Shown: positions 36,751 to 50,689, numbered from the stretch's first letter. The stretch is DNA of 64,000 bases from Narcine bancroftii (GCF_036971445.1 NC_091469.1:379068001-379132000); one strand, 5' to 3'. Numbers and translations: made by a program. Notes: generated by a model from the letters alone, not told the origin.

Positions 36751-38137
36751 GAAGTATTGAAAGTGGAGGAAGATTTTTGAAAGATTGGCGAATGGATGGT
36801 GATGGGAAACTGGCAAAGAAGAGGAGTTGAGACCTGGGATTATATGGAATGGTGGGGTATGCTGGAGGGCCTTTCCCTGCTCCTCTAACTCTAATGCTTG
36901 TCTGGAGAACAGTGGCACCAACATGTCTAAGTCTGTGCAAGACTACTTTTTTAAAAATCAGAGTCACTCTGTGTAAAATGCATTTGGACATCAATTCCTC
37001 ATGATGCTGTTTGTAATCCTCAAGTAACAGCATCATTGCCATGTAGTTTCCTGGAACTTCCTTCTTGAAATGTGGACACCTGATAGATTCAAAGGACCCT
37101 GGATAATTTCTACCATATAAGAACAATACAGAATTTCAAAAAGCAGCTCGTGGAGGCGACAAATGACCTTACACAAGCAAGTCTGCAAATTCTGGAGTCA
37201 AATACCTCGATGAAGGGCTCTAGACTGAAATGTCGGTTATGTATCTTTTATGTTTTTTACACAGCTGCTGCATTCCAGGAAATTATTCCCAATTTCCCAG
37301 AACGCAGTCTGTGTAAAAAGATCGGAACGGGAATAAGGGACTCAGTTCTGTTCAGACATTTTACCTCCTCAACCCCTAGATATTTTCATGGATAACCTGC
37401 AGTCTAAACTGATCTGCAGGCAATCCATGAACAACGGGCTAATGAATAGGACATGAATGATGACATCACTGCACTGGTGCTGTTTGGTGCACATATGTTA
37501 TACGTCACAGTTGACATCGACACAGTGGTGTCTCACATCCCACCTCTTTACATACCTTTACAAACTTGTGGACAGATACAGATCTTTGGTGTTTTGGTCG
37601 TTCCTGTGTAAAAGACCACTGCCAGAGGTAGGGAGACAGTTCACCTAAGGTCTATGTTAAAAACCTATTTATCTTTGCTATATAAAGAACACTGTTTGAT
37701 TTGCTGAGTTTCTCCAGCTTTGTGTTTTTACTCCAATCACAGTGTCTACAGACTTTCATGTTTTACTTCTGAGGCAAGAATGTTAGTGACACTGTCACCT
37801 TCCTTCACTTTGTCATTTGGGTAAAGAGGAAGAGTTAAGGCCTGGGGCATATCAGCCATGATCATATTGAATATCAGAAAGGTCTGAGGAGCTGAATGGC
37901 CTACTGGTACTCCTAATGTTCTTGTGATTTCCTGGAGAACAGTGGCATCATTATGTGCGTAAAGCTATGCAAGACTTTGGTGCTGGAACCACCGAGGATG
38001 CAGTTTAGCCAGAGGTTAATGAGGGAGACTGGGGGGAGCTCTGTTATTAGGTGTTCAGGTGAAAGTTGGGGAATGATGTGATGGGAGGAGTTGGGGGCTG
38101 GTCAAAATTGAGGCATTCAGGGAAGAGCCCAGTTACT

Positions 38138-39040
38138 CAGTGCCAGATTAAGGTATTTCATGGCCTGTAGCATTTATTTTAAAGGGGCCCTAAATTGTGC
38201 CAGCTGGTGCATGCACTGTCCTAAATAGTGCCGGCTGGTGGATATGCAGTGAGGGGGAAGTGTGACTGGGGCACCACAACCAACCCCCTCCCCGAGAGAG
38301 TTTCAGATGCTGACCCTGCATGTCCGTCTTGGTAAGTTTGAAATAGTCTTAATTATTTTTAACAAAATGGTGCTAGCTTTCTCAGATCGCTATCAATTCA
38401 GTGATTATCTAGGGAACATGGCATCTCTGGCAAGCACTGAAATTGCGCCCCCTGTTAAAACTTACTTGCACATTTTGCCCTAACACTTACACTGAAATTC
38501 CCTTTCCCGTTGAAACTCACTGACAGACTTTGTTAAAATAAAGCTTACGGTGGCGGCAGCAGCTGGCAGCGGCTGGATCACAACTAGCACATGTAACATT
38601 GTTATATGTAACTGTTCATATGGTTCATTCATTTTATCACATTCTCCATCAAAACATTTCCCATTGCTATCTGCAGCATGCAGCTCCCTGATATGTAAAC
38701 AAACGAAACCAGCCATCTGACTGAGGAGCTGAGGTGAAGGTTATTTTTTGTTCTGCTAAGACGTGTTTCCATTTCCATTTCCATTTTCACCTTTGTGCAG
38801 CGGCTATGAGGCTATTAAAGGTGATAATTGGCTAAAATCACTAACCAAATTTAAAGTTAGCGATTTTTGTCAATTATCACCTTTAATTGGGGTTTATTAA
38901 CACAGACTATCAGTGTGGTATCTCATAGCCACTGCACAAAGGTAAAAAAATAAAAGTTTCTCATAATTCATAGTACATTAACGCAGCGACCCTTGAAAAT
39001 CCAGGGCCTGCACTTTCGCTACTAAGTTAATCTGGCCCTG
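38138..39040. mobile_element. Non-autonomous hAT DNA transposon (903 bp)
   Basis: 14-bp TIRs CAGTGCCAGATTAA / TTAATCTGGCCCTG (13/14); 8-bp TSD cagttact (38130-38137) / cagttatt (39041-39048). Confidence 0.88.
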
Positions 39041-39319
39041 CAGTTATTGAAAAGACAGAGAAATGCTCTCAGCTGCAGACTAGGAAGTGGGACAGATTCA
39101 GCATGCACCTTGTGGATTGTGTGCTATTTGACACCACTGTTCTGGTCTGGGCCTCTCCATGAATCATCATGTCAATTGCATTAAGGACCCAGGAGGGAAA
39201 CCTCAAACTCAGTGGAACCCGGGGTGGTTTACAATTTTTCTTTGAAGTTATTGAATTACAGCCTTCATGCTTGCAGGCAGTGGATCACAACTAGCACATG
39301 TAACATTGTCAGATTCAGT

Positions 39320-39453
39320 NNNNNNNNNNNNNNNNNNNNNNNNNNNNNNNNNNNNNNNNNNNNNNNNNNNNNNNNNNNNNNNNNNNNNNNNNNNNNNNNN
39401 NNNNNNNNNNNNNNNNNNNNNNNNNNNNNNNNNNNNNNNNNNNNNNNNNNNNN
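39320..39453. other. Assembly gap (134 N)
   Basis: Run of N. Confidence 1.
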
Positions 39454-41619
39454 TTTGCCAAAATATTATTCTGTTGAGTCCCACTGATCTGAACTTGGAT
39501 TATATCATTCCATATCCCTTCCATCCATGTGTCTGTCCAGATTTTTCTTAATGTCAAATTGGAGTCCGGATTCACCATTTCAACTGGCAGCTCGGTTCCA
39601 TGGTCCCACCTCTCTCTGTATCAATAAGTTCCCCCTAACGTTCCTCAGTTTATCCCCTTGGACCCTTAACCCACGCCCTTTAGTTTTTATCTCACCTAAC
39701 CTTAGTGGAAAAAGCCTGGTTGCTTTTCCTCTATCTATGTCCTTCATCATTTTGTATACCTCATCTTAATTTTGGGGCCATTCAGCCCATTAGACTCATG
39801 ACGATTCCTATAACTGCAATCTCAATGGTCCTATTCCCTTTACCTGTTGTCTACTCTTACCTGCCCATCAACACCACTTGGGTACTTTTGCCATTCACCA
39901 TTATTAAGGGGTAAATTACTGCTGTCTATTAACTGCCAACACTTCTTTGAGATGTGGGAGGAATCTAGATTAGTTTTGTTGGACAGGGCCTCTTTGTTGT
40001 TCATCTGTTTAACATACTCACCTGCAATGGGGAGAACATGCAAATTCCATACAGACTACATCCAGGGTTGGGATTGAACTGAGGTCTCTGGAGTCAACAG
40101 TGGAACATCCTGCGTCACTCTACATTCCCACGTTGTCTTCAGCAAGCTGCCGCAGTGAGTAGGTGAACTCTTTAATAGCTGAAAAGGTCACAGATGACTC
40201 TCCAATATTGTCAGAGGAGCCTACTGTGTTAGCAATTTTTGAACATCTAAAAATGGAACTTTGACAATGCTCGACTTCCCTGGGATAACACTGAAGCGAC
40301 TGCATGCTGCGGCTGTGTTGCTTAAGTGCAGTTTGTCCACTTTGAGACAAGAATGGCTCAGAGCCAAAAAGGCCAAGAACAAAGGAGCAACCTCAAAAGC
40401 AAAAGAAGGAAAATTAGGAGTGGGAACTGAAAGCTCATATGCAAAGACTAACAATGGCAGATTATGAAGTGAAGGAAATAGGTGGCCTCTGGAGTTGAGA
40501 CAGGGAAGTAGCAGCTGATGGAACTTCAATGTTAATAAATCAGTAATAAAAGTTTAGTCAGTGGTGGTGAGCTTAAAACTGAGATTTTTTGAAAACAAAT
40601 AAGAGGCTTTATTCACAATAAATTTGTTTCAATAAGAAAATTGTTTCACCCTTAGTGTCCATACATTTGCATTTTCCATTTAGCAGCATTCCCTTCACTG
40701 AGGCACCTTGTCATTACACCCCCTTCTGTTGCTTGAGTGGCTTCCCCTCAGTCTCAGCCCCTCAAGACCTGGTAATGGAAGAATGCAGACTCCTGCAGCT
40801 TGGAATGTGCCAGTCGGCAGCATTTCCTCACCGACATCTTGGTGTGTTGAAAGATTGCCATAACAGCATTGTCCTTTCTGGAAGGAAGTAGAGGGGACCA
40901 CTGTGTTATGTCAGGTCAGATAACAGGAATTCACCCTTATAGAATTGACAAATCGTTACCAAAATACCTAGGAAAACTGAATAAATATAGGCTCATGAGA
41001 ATTGTGAGGTGAGCGGGAAGAAAATCTACTTTATTTTTCTGAACTCATGTGCAGATGCCTCAGCTTTGTGTAATGAAATATCGCAATACATAGTTCTTCT
41101 GAGGAACGTGAACCCTCCACTTTAATGTGGGGAATTTAGGGCTCCACCAGAAATGACATGGTAGCCATCTTCCTGGGATATATTTTTTTCAGGTTTGGAT
41201 TTCCTTTGAATGGGAACATGCAATGTCCACGGGAACCATGGAGGGGATCTGGGAGCAAGGGATGGCATGTGAAGAACACTGCATCCTACAAAGGGATGGC
41301 AATATTTTAATATAGTTGTCCTGTAATTAATGTTTTAAATTAATTTGACATTGAGTTGATGTACTTGTGTCAATTAAGACCTGGAGAAAAGGAGGTCTGT
41401 ACTCTGTGTCTGTTTCTTCTGGTGGATGAATGACTTCCACTGTGGTGGGGTTAGGGCAGGACACTAGTGGACTTGCTGCCTCATAGCTCAGTACTGAACC
41501 CGATGCCATCTACATGGAGTTTGCACATTATCCCAGTAACTGCATGCATTCTCCCCTCTCTCCTGTCTCCCCAAGCACTCCATCTTCCTCATTAATCCAA
41601 AAGCACAAGATGAAGATTT

Positions 41620-42460
41620 AAAAACTTGGCTGAATGGTGTACTAACAACAACCTTTCACTCAATGTCACAAAGACCAAGGAGCTGATTGTAGATGTTCGG
41701 AAAGGAAAACAGGAGGTGCATGATCCAATGATCATTGGAGATCAGAAGTGGAGAGGGTCGGCAACTTTAAATTCCTGGGGAGTGTTGCTATCTCGGAAGA
41801 CCTGCCTTGGACTTGTCATATAAATGTTACCGTGAAGAAAGCAGTTAAGCACCTTTCTTTCCTCAGGAGTTTGCAGAGGTTTGGCATGTTATCGGAAACC
41901 TTGGCAAACCTCTGCTGATGTGTCATGGAAAGTGTGCCTACTGGCTGCATCACAGCCTGCCATAGGGGCATCAATATATCTGAATGAAATATTGTGCAAA
42001 AGGTGGTGGACACAGCCCAGCACATTGCAGACAAAACATTCCCCGCCATCGAGAATATCTACATGGAACGTCATCAAAGTGTGTCATCTATTATCAAGGA
42101 TCCACATCACCCAGGACATGCTCTGTTCTCACTTCTGCCATCAGGAAGGAGGTACTGGTGCCACAGGACTTATACTACCTAGTTCAGGAATAGTTGCTAC
42201 TCCTTAACTATCAGACTCCTGAAAACAGACTCATTCAGAGACTCATTTAAGAATTCTATTTTGCTCGTTATTTATTACTGTATATATTTACCAACATCTG
42301 CATTTGCACAGTCATTTTGTTTACATTTCCTTCTTTCTTTCCATATAGTTTACATTTACTAGTATAGAAATGACTAAGCTTAGCCTGTAGAAAAAGAATC
42401 TCAGGATGGTATGTGATGTCATGTACATATGTACTCGACAATAAATTTGAACTTTGAACA
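41620..42460 (+). mobile_element. Rex1/Babar-like LINE 3' part
   Basis: WCTNNNLSLNVTKTKELIVD, QKVVDTAQHI, IIKDPHHPGHALFSLLPSGRRY; ends gacaataaatttgaactttgaac. Confidence 0.85.
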
Positions 42461-43724
42461 TGAATCGGTTGGTTTTTTAATTGGCCACGTGTGTCAGTGA
42501 ATAATAGAATCCAATGAGAGTTGATGGGAATGTGGGGAGAATAAAATGGGATCAGTGAAAAAAAGTGCTTGACATGGACTCAATGGGCTGAAAGGCCTAT
42601 TGACTAATGAGCTTCTCCGTTAAAACAAAATTACTGGAGAACCTTACCAACAAAGAGAGCTGCGTCACCACCACCTTTTTAAGGGTGCTAAAGATGGACA
42701 CTTAATGTTGTACCTGCCAGTGATGCCCACCTCTCCAAGAGAGTAAGAGAGATCTATTCAGTGTCACATGGCTGAGATTTCAGCTCGGCATTTGACTCCT
42801 GGACTCGCCTGTGCAGATTAATCAGCCTGTGTTTGATACTTCTGTCAATTTCCAGCCCAACTCTCTGGTAAATGATCTAATTGCACTGCTGTGTCACAAT
42901 TACCACCAGGTATGTAATTCTTTTCTTACTAACTGCTTGTAAGGTGGCAATTATCCCATGAGTACAGAAGGCCGCCTGTGGCAAGGCTGATATATTAACA
43001 TACCAAAGGTTCAGATGTACTGTACTGACTTTGAAATGTGAGGTCACCACAGGCAGCAGAATCATTTGTGTATCTGGTAATGTGGGAGTGTTGATGGAGT
43101 GTCCAATGGATCAGCAGCATGGGGGTGGGGGGGGGGGGTGGGGGGGAGAAGGGGATAAAGGGAGAATTGCTTAGAAATAATCCTGATTCATTTGACCTGC
43201 CACTACATCAATCAAAAGAAAAGTACAAAGACAGAAGGGGTGGCATAGTTAATGTCACGGTTCACACTACGCTATTAGGCACCAATAACCTAGATTCAAC
43301 ATCTGGCCGTGTGATAGCAAGAGCTTCCTCCGGTTGTGCCAATTTCCTCCCAAGTTCCAAAGTTGTACGGGAGTGAATCATGAAATCTGTAGACACAGTA
43401 GTTAAAGTTAAAAGACAAAATGCTGGAGAAGCTCAGCAGGTCAAACAGTCTCCTTCGTGTAGCAAAGGTTAAGATACCGAACTGTCGTTTCTGGCTGGAG
43501 CCCTTCATGAAGGACCTTTGCTACATGAAGGACAGGGCTGGAAGGCCTGTATCTCTAAATTATATAAACATCAAAAATTGAATTAAAAATTAAATTAAAG
43601 TGCGCAGATGCTGGAATCTTGAGCAAACAGTTGCTGGTGGAGCTCTCAGTGTGTCAGACAGCATCCTTGGGTACAAATGGTTGGTCAATGTTTCAGGTCA
43701 GAACCCTTCATCGAGAAAGGGTCC

Positions 43725-44404
43725 TGTTAGAAATTAATGTACCTTTAAAGAAATTGCTCGAGACAAAAATTGAGAACAAAGAACATTTATTACTACAACA
43801 ATGCAAAGTTGGGTGCTTCCCCTTACCCTGGGAATACACACACATACTGGGGCTCACCCAACTTTTATACAGTCAATTTCAGTATCAGAGTGCCCTCCCC
43901 CTTACATTCTTCTGCCCCCTGGATGGGTTTGGCATAGGTAATTCTTCCTGCCTACGTGCAGTTTCAGTACACTTGGAGGACCAGGGGGTATCCTGTGGGT
44001 GCCCCATCATGTCATTGCCCTTATTCACACCTTCCTGATTCTCGGGGCTACAATCTCTTGGTATGCGGAGTTGACTCATTCTATCTAGGGTTGGCTAATT
44101 TCATATGTATAAATCTGTGTATGGTTAGCTAATTAGATATGTAGGACTTGGTACTTCTGTCCAGGGCTAGGAGACCTTTATCTGATCCAGACTACCTCAA
44201 CTTCCTACATTCTATTGTTCCTTACCACTCCTTATCTTAGTCTTATGGTCTTGTCACAAAGACTAGAAAATTCTTATGTTAATCGTGCTGACTCTGCTTT
44301 CCTGCATCCTAACCCCCAAGCTTATCCTGTTTGTACTGGTTACAGCCATGAACTTTAGTTTCTTCCATGTTCATAATTTTAGATCAATTTTCCCATCTCT
44401 CACA
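43725..44404 (-). mobile_element. Solo LTR (680 bp), ERV class I-like
   Basis: Minus strand reads TGTGAG...CTAACA. TATAAAAG (~43862-43869) and AATAAA (~43785) are in the correct order on the minus strand. Exact 4-bp TSD gtcc (43721-43724, 44405-44408). Confidence 0.85.
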
Positions 44405-45779
44405 GTCCAGACCTGCGACATTACACTGGCCATTTCTACCTGACCTGCTGAGTTCCTCCAGCAGTTCAGTGTTTGTTATATATAACAATATCTGTAAATT
44501 TCATCCTTTTACTGGCATTATACCAAATTGACTGTTGAGAAACACTGACCAGCTGTTGTGCCCACTGTCACAGATAAGATTTGATTGAAATGAAAGAACA
44601 AGATGATTTTGTTTAAACCATTTTAATTTGAAAGCAGGTGTCATTGTCGAAAGCTTGTTGCTGAATAGCTGAAGACATTTCAAAACTGGAAGATGCATAT
44701 GTGTGGCAAGAAGTGTAGGTAAATCATTGGTTCATCGATTCGGACAGTTGTGTCTCTGGTGGATAGGGTGTCGTGTAAGGGGACATGCTGCATTTCTGCA
44801 GTGGAGCTCTGAAAAAGCACAAGGTTGGTGCAGAAGTGTGGGGTGGGGGGGTAGGGGCGGCGGTGGATGAGTGGAAGCAAGAGATGCAGAGGGAATGTTC
44901 TCTTTGTTGTGGTGAACGCATGGTGGGATAATAATGGCAGAAATTATGGAGGATGGTCCATTAAATGCAGAGCTGGTGTGTAGAACCCAGCCCTTGCTCT
45001 GGGAGTAGAGGGAATCAGAGTAGACACGCAGGAAATGGAGGAGACCTGTTTTCAGAGCCCTATCAACCATGGTGGAGAAAAGCCACAGTCAATGAAAAAA
45101 ATATACTTTAAAGTTACGTGTCGAAAGTCTCATCATCAAAACAGATCCATTCCCTCTCAGTTTTTCCATCTCCCTTGGATCTGTTCTGGAGGACGTGTAA
45201 GCTGAAAACTCGTGGCAGTCAATGAGCTGGTAATTGGCACTGGTGGACAACCATCTCCTGAGAAGGAGATTATGATAGCAAGAAAAGAATCTGGAGTAGA
45301 CTGTGTGAATGTGAGAGCAGGATGCAAATTGGCGGCAAATGTGATGAGATACCAAGTTGTATCTGAGTAAATAGTTGAATTATCCCTGGTCTGCAGGTCC
45401 ACAATCAACACCCAACCAAAAGTACATTATTTTGTCGTGGACCAATGGAATTCTTTGTTTTTTTTAAGATTCTCCATGATGTCTCCCCAGCAGATCTAGG
45501 ACTCAGTTTTGCGATTGCTTTTTCATATTTTAAGCTGGCATTCATAATGAATTCTCAGCTGTCTGTGAAAGTGATTTTTTTTGGTCACTTGTGTTGAATA
45601 AGGGACACATTTGACCAGTATTTTATTATATCTGTATTACATCTGTGGCATTTATTTTTACTGTTACTTTGCTTCATTCTGATACTGGAAATGCTCTCAC
45701 AGGAATGAACTCTTAATAAACTGCAACTTCCTGCAATTTTATTGATGGTTCATAAATTAAAATCTCCCACTTTTTTTTT

Positions 45780-46455
45780 GCACCCTCACCACCATTCGGG
45801 ACCCCAAACAGTCCTTTCAAGTGAAGCAACCCTTCATTTAATGCATCCAGTGCTCCTGAGGTGGTCTCCTCTACATTGGAGAGACTGGATGCAGACTGAG
45901 AGATTGCTTCATTGAGCATCGCTCTGTCCACTGTAATAACAAGGACTTTCCTGTGGCCAAATATTTTAATTCTGCACTTTTCCATACTGACATGATGGCC
46001 TCATGCGCTGCCAAACCAAGGCTACATGTAAATTGGAGGAACAACACCTTATATTCCATCTGGTTCTCTAACCAGAGAGTATTAACATTGCCCTCCAATT
46101 TCTGTTAAACCCCACCCTGAGTATCTCTCTTTCCCTATCCCTATGTTTCCTTTCTCTAGCTCCCCACCCCTTCTTTCTCTTATCAGGGAGACACATTCCC
46201 CCCCCCCCCACTTCACTGCTCAGCTTTTTTCTCATCTCTCCTCCCACCTGAATCCACCTATGACCTTTTACCTGTCATCTTTTTGCCGCACCCCCTGCCC
46301 CTTCCTCCCTTCTCCCCCATCCCTCACCATTTTATTAAGGTGCCTGCCTGCTTTTGCTCATATCTTGACTGAGGGTTCAGGCCCAAATTGTCAATTATCC
46401 TTCACTCTCTCTGGATGCTGTATGACTGCTGAGTTTCTCCAGCACTTTTGGTACA
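45780..46455 (+). mobile_element. Penelope-like element 3' fragment (GIY-YIG remnant plus terminal repeat)
   Basis: Reads PKQSFQVKQ...GLLYIGETGCRLRDCFIEH...KLEEQHLIFHL, followed by a pyrimidine-rich tract and ctgctgagtttctccagcac. Confidence 0.82.
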
Positions 46456-48254
46456 TTGCTCCCATTTTTTCACGCTGTCCACTGAAACAGTTTCGGTCTT
46501 CTGAATTCGGTGATTCTCACCAAAACGTGAACACTTTCAAAATGTGAAATGAAATGAATAAAATCTATCATTTTTATAAACCAGGCTCATTGCTACACCG
46601 AAATGTATCATGAGATTTATCAATCTCGTGATAATCTTCAGACTGACGCTCTGTCACCAGGCAACTGTCACAGTTAGTGGTGTTCCCAGAGGGAAGCAGG
46701 AACTGACTGAGGGGAAAAAGTGTTTATTAACATATGATGTGCCAATTAGCATAATAAATAAATAAAGAAAGGAAAACGCAGTTAAACTTCACAGTAATAA
46801 CGGACACCGGGAAAAGCAACTCCCTGTTGATTTGTGTGGGTGAACTTTGATCTGCATGTGTCATTTTTGAAGGAGACAGCCACGGTGATCAAAAGACTGT
46901 GATGTGACGAGGCCCCTTTTGCTCCTGTGAGTCTGTTTTGAAGATGTCCTAAGATTTCTTTCTTGCTAGAATGACAGTACAATCTCACTGTTCTGGCTGC
47001 GATATTCAGTGTAATGATTATCCTTTCCACAAACACTAGACCCACTTCCATGTTTGTGCACTTAAATTCATTTACTCCTCCTTATTAGAAAGAGGATAGA
47101 CACCGGGGTCTGGAATGAATGCCATTATTATAACTCACACAAGGGACTGACAAGCATGTATGTCCCAGTGAAGTGACGATGGATGTCTGGAATTTTGTCA
47201 CAGTGGCTGATGTCCAAGAAAGGAATTCACACAAATGTTCAGTCCATACGAGGAAAAAGAGATTATTCAAAAGTGGGATGTGAGATATTGTAATAAGTAC
47301 GGCACAGGGGAAAGTAGTTAAGGTTAGGATGATAATAACAATAGGATGTAATGATTTGGGAGGAGCGGTGGGGGGGATTGTGTGTGAAATAAATGGTTGT
47401 GGAGCTGATTTCAACCCTGGGCAGGGAGAGTACACAGATGGTCAAAGGAGGTGGGACACCAGTGGTCAGGAAGGCAGCGAAGGATGGCCAATTCAAACTG
47501 CTGGGTCTCAACTTAATTTTTCACAGGAGGGATCAGGAATTGAGAAGAGAGGCAGAGACAGCAGGAGACTCAAGGGAACGTCCTTGGCATAATATAATTT
47601 CACTGCTTGAGTCAAACTTTACAGTGGAAATTATCTGATGGCTCTAACCCCTGACTGTCAGTCTCCAATGCTGCTTGCAGCTTCACTTAAACGGAAGGGC
47701 TCTCTTTGATCTCTGCACCATCTCACTCTACTGCCTTATAACTGCCTATTTCCTGTGGTGATTATATCCGCCACAGATGAGTTTCTCCATCACCACTCAC
47801 CACCCTTCGACAGTATCATCCCTTTCTCACGCACTCTGTGCTTCTCTCTCCATTTAAACAGATGTGACACCAGAGCTTTGATCGAGGCTAAAATGAAAAG
47901 ATGACCAGCCTTGGCTTGTCTGGACCCCACCCCAGACCCAGTGCTTGACGTTTTTTAATTCCCACTGCTAATCTAACAAGAGCCAGGACCATTTGAAGGA
48001 AACCAAAAGTAAACTGACTTACAAAGTTGCCCATTCTTTACAGATAATCAGGATCAAAGAACACAAGTGGTAGGCAATACCCATAAAATATTACAAAGCT
48101 GCAGCCTAGGCCTCTGTGGCATGACCAAAGTGTCTGTCAGACCCTACACCCACCTGACCTGTACCAAAATCCGAAACCCATCCTATCTCAAATGGAGTCC
48201 CATCTGAATATCAAACCCACCCCACCTGAAGTGAAACATGGAAGTCTGCAGCCT

Positions 48255-48260
<6 letters not shown>

Positions 48261-48296
<36 letters not shown>
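48261..48296. repeat. (CT)n microsatellite
   Basis: Direct reading. Confidence 0.95.
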
Positions 48297-48301
<5 letters not shown>

Positions 48302-50689
48302 CTCCTTTCCCCCAGCTCTGCTTCCACAGAGCTAAATACCAACCACCCACTTCCCCAGTCAATTATCAGCTTTCCTCTTTCCTGGATCCCATCCATATCC
48401 AATTAGCACAATATGTCTGTTTGTTTATTCTCCTCCCCCCCTGCCCATTCTTCTCTTTTGCCCAGCCTTTTAATTCAGGCGCCTGCCTGCTGTTTTACTC
48501 ATAACTTGGAAAAGGGCTCAGACCTTATATATTGGTTATATATATTTACTTGCTATGGTCGCTGTGAGACCAGCTGAGTTCCTCAAGCATTTCTGTGTTT
48601 TTACCATGCCTCCTGAATCCCAGTCCCACCAGAATATGCCATCAAAAGGTTTGGTATGCAGACAATGGGATAGTATTGCACAGGGCAATACTATATTTCT
48701 GAAGATGATGTGATCTAGTTATTTTAGAGCCAGAACTCAACCTGAACCTTGTCCTTCTTTGCATAAACAGGGAAACGTTACATTGCTATAGTTCCTTTGA
48801 CCAGTTCAGACATCCCAATATTTCTTTCTGTCAGTGAAATAATCTTCTCAATACTTCGGCATCACAGAAGAAATAATTTATTAAGGTTCTATCGTAATAT
48901 GTAAAATGTATAGTTAATTTCCTGGCACCTTTTCTTCTCATCACACTCTTTTTTGCCTCTGAATCAGCTTTAAGGAATAGTGGACAGTTTAGTAGTCACA
49001 CATGTATGTGAATGAATACCTGTTTCTCAAGACAGGAGTCAGAACCATCTGCTCCAGACGACTCAGAGCACAATCACTGAGCTCATTCAAATCAGAGATT
49101 AATAAATAGTAGATGTTAAGAGAATCAATGAGGCAGAGGCTGAAGATCAACCTTTTCCTTTATCTGAGGCATTTCCTCGAGACCAAGGATGACATACGTC
49201 CATTGAAGGTCTGTGGACTTGAAGGTAGCTGATGAGGCTAACGGAGGATCTGCAGACTCTTGCCCCATCTGTGGCAGGGGATACTTAACAGGGTATCTGG
49301 TGATTAATGTGAGATATGGCACCCAGTTTCTGCTGGGCCTAGCATGCATTCCAAATGCACAGACTTCAGGTTCTCAATCCCAACCTGAATTTGCTGCTTT
49401 ATTTTGAGTGATTGAATTTCTTGACCTTGTATTGTTCTAATCTTTTCATCTGCTTCTTAGAGATGTTTGTTTCTTTGTAAATTCTCCAGCTCTTCCTTAT
49501 AACAAACCAGCTCTGTCTGCATGCTGTTTAAATACACAGTGTACCTTTTCCTTTCCTTCTATATCTCTGCCTGTATGCTGTACACCTCTTGCTGTGCCTT
49601 GTTCTGTTCTGCATGTATTTACCTATCAATTCCAGCAACACCACAAAAATGAAGAAAATAAATAAGAGAAAAGCTCTTTCTGCTGTTTCAAAGTTGTTGT
49701 TTTTTCCCCACACATTTTTACAAGTGAATGCATTTGATGTGCAGACTTTTGCATGGCGAATACACGACTCCTCTGGTGTTCAGAATGCCACCTCCCACTC
49801 CATTGAGCATCCTCAGTAGCCACGTAAGAGAGGCTGTGAATTGGGAATTGAGTGAGTACACGCTTGCCTCTGCTCGTCCAACATCCCGAGCAGTGAGTAA
49901 CCACGTATTATGACTGGTAATCCTGTCACACTAAACAACCCAGCAACTGTCTGGCAACTGATCTTTGTACCTACGCACAGAAACACAATTACTTTTTGCC
50001 TCAATCTTTCTGTCTCTGTGCTTTGATATTTTAAATGGTTATTGGCCTGAAAGTATGAGCTGTTGCACTTGGATGAACTCAGCCCTTGGATTGCTGAGAT
50101 TGCTGGCCATATGGTGGGTCCCAAACTTACCTGCTAGCAGAGACAATTGTGACTTTGAGTAAGCCACACAGAGTCTGGAGCTCTGGATGTAGAGTAATAG
50201 GACTTTATTCAGCCCAAACAGACACACAGGAGGAGAACATGTCTGGAGGGAATCTGTGAACATTTAGACACTGTAGCGCGAAAGAGAGCACTCAAGGCCA
50301 GAGAGAGTACAACACGCTTTTATTCAATAAGAATGGCACTCATGGTGGGTGGACTGAACTGAGGTATTGGTGGGGGTCCAGAGTTTAATATTGGGATATG
50401 CGGGGCTTGGAGTTAGAGGAGTAGCCAGTCCTTAGAGCGTCGCCGCAGTAGTGAATTCCCAGTTCACTACATTCACCCCGTTGAATAAAGCCTGTGATGA
50501 AAACAGAGAACATAAGATAGTCAAAAAAATGTTTACAAGTTCAACCTGTCAGGAGGTCTGGAAATGTGGGCATAACATCACTGTGTTGGCTGGCCCTGGG
50601 CTTCCTGACCCTCCTATGGTTCTGGGGCCTCAGGGCGTGAGTGATCTGGCTCTGGTTGAGGGGTGGCTGGAGCCACTTCCAGTGTCAGC

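Noticed and set aside
39212-39578. ORFs spanning the N run
   Set aside because: Open only because of the assembly gap.
50481-50492. Second TTGAATAAAG motif next to the Gypsy PPT
   Set aside because: Short AT-rich match that could be chance; not used as support for the hairpin model.
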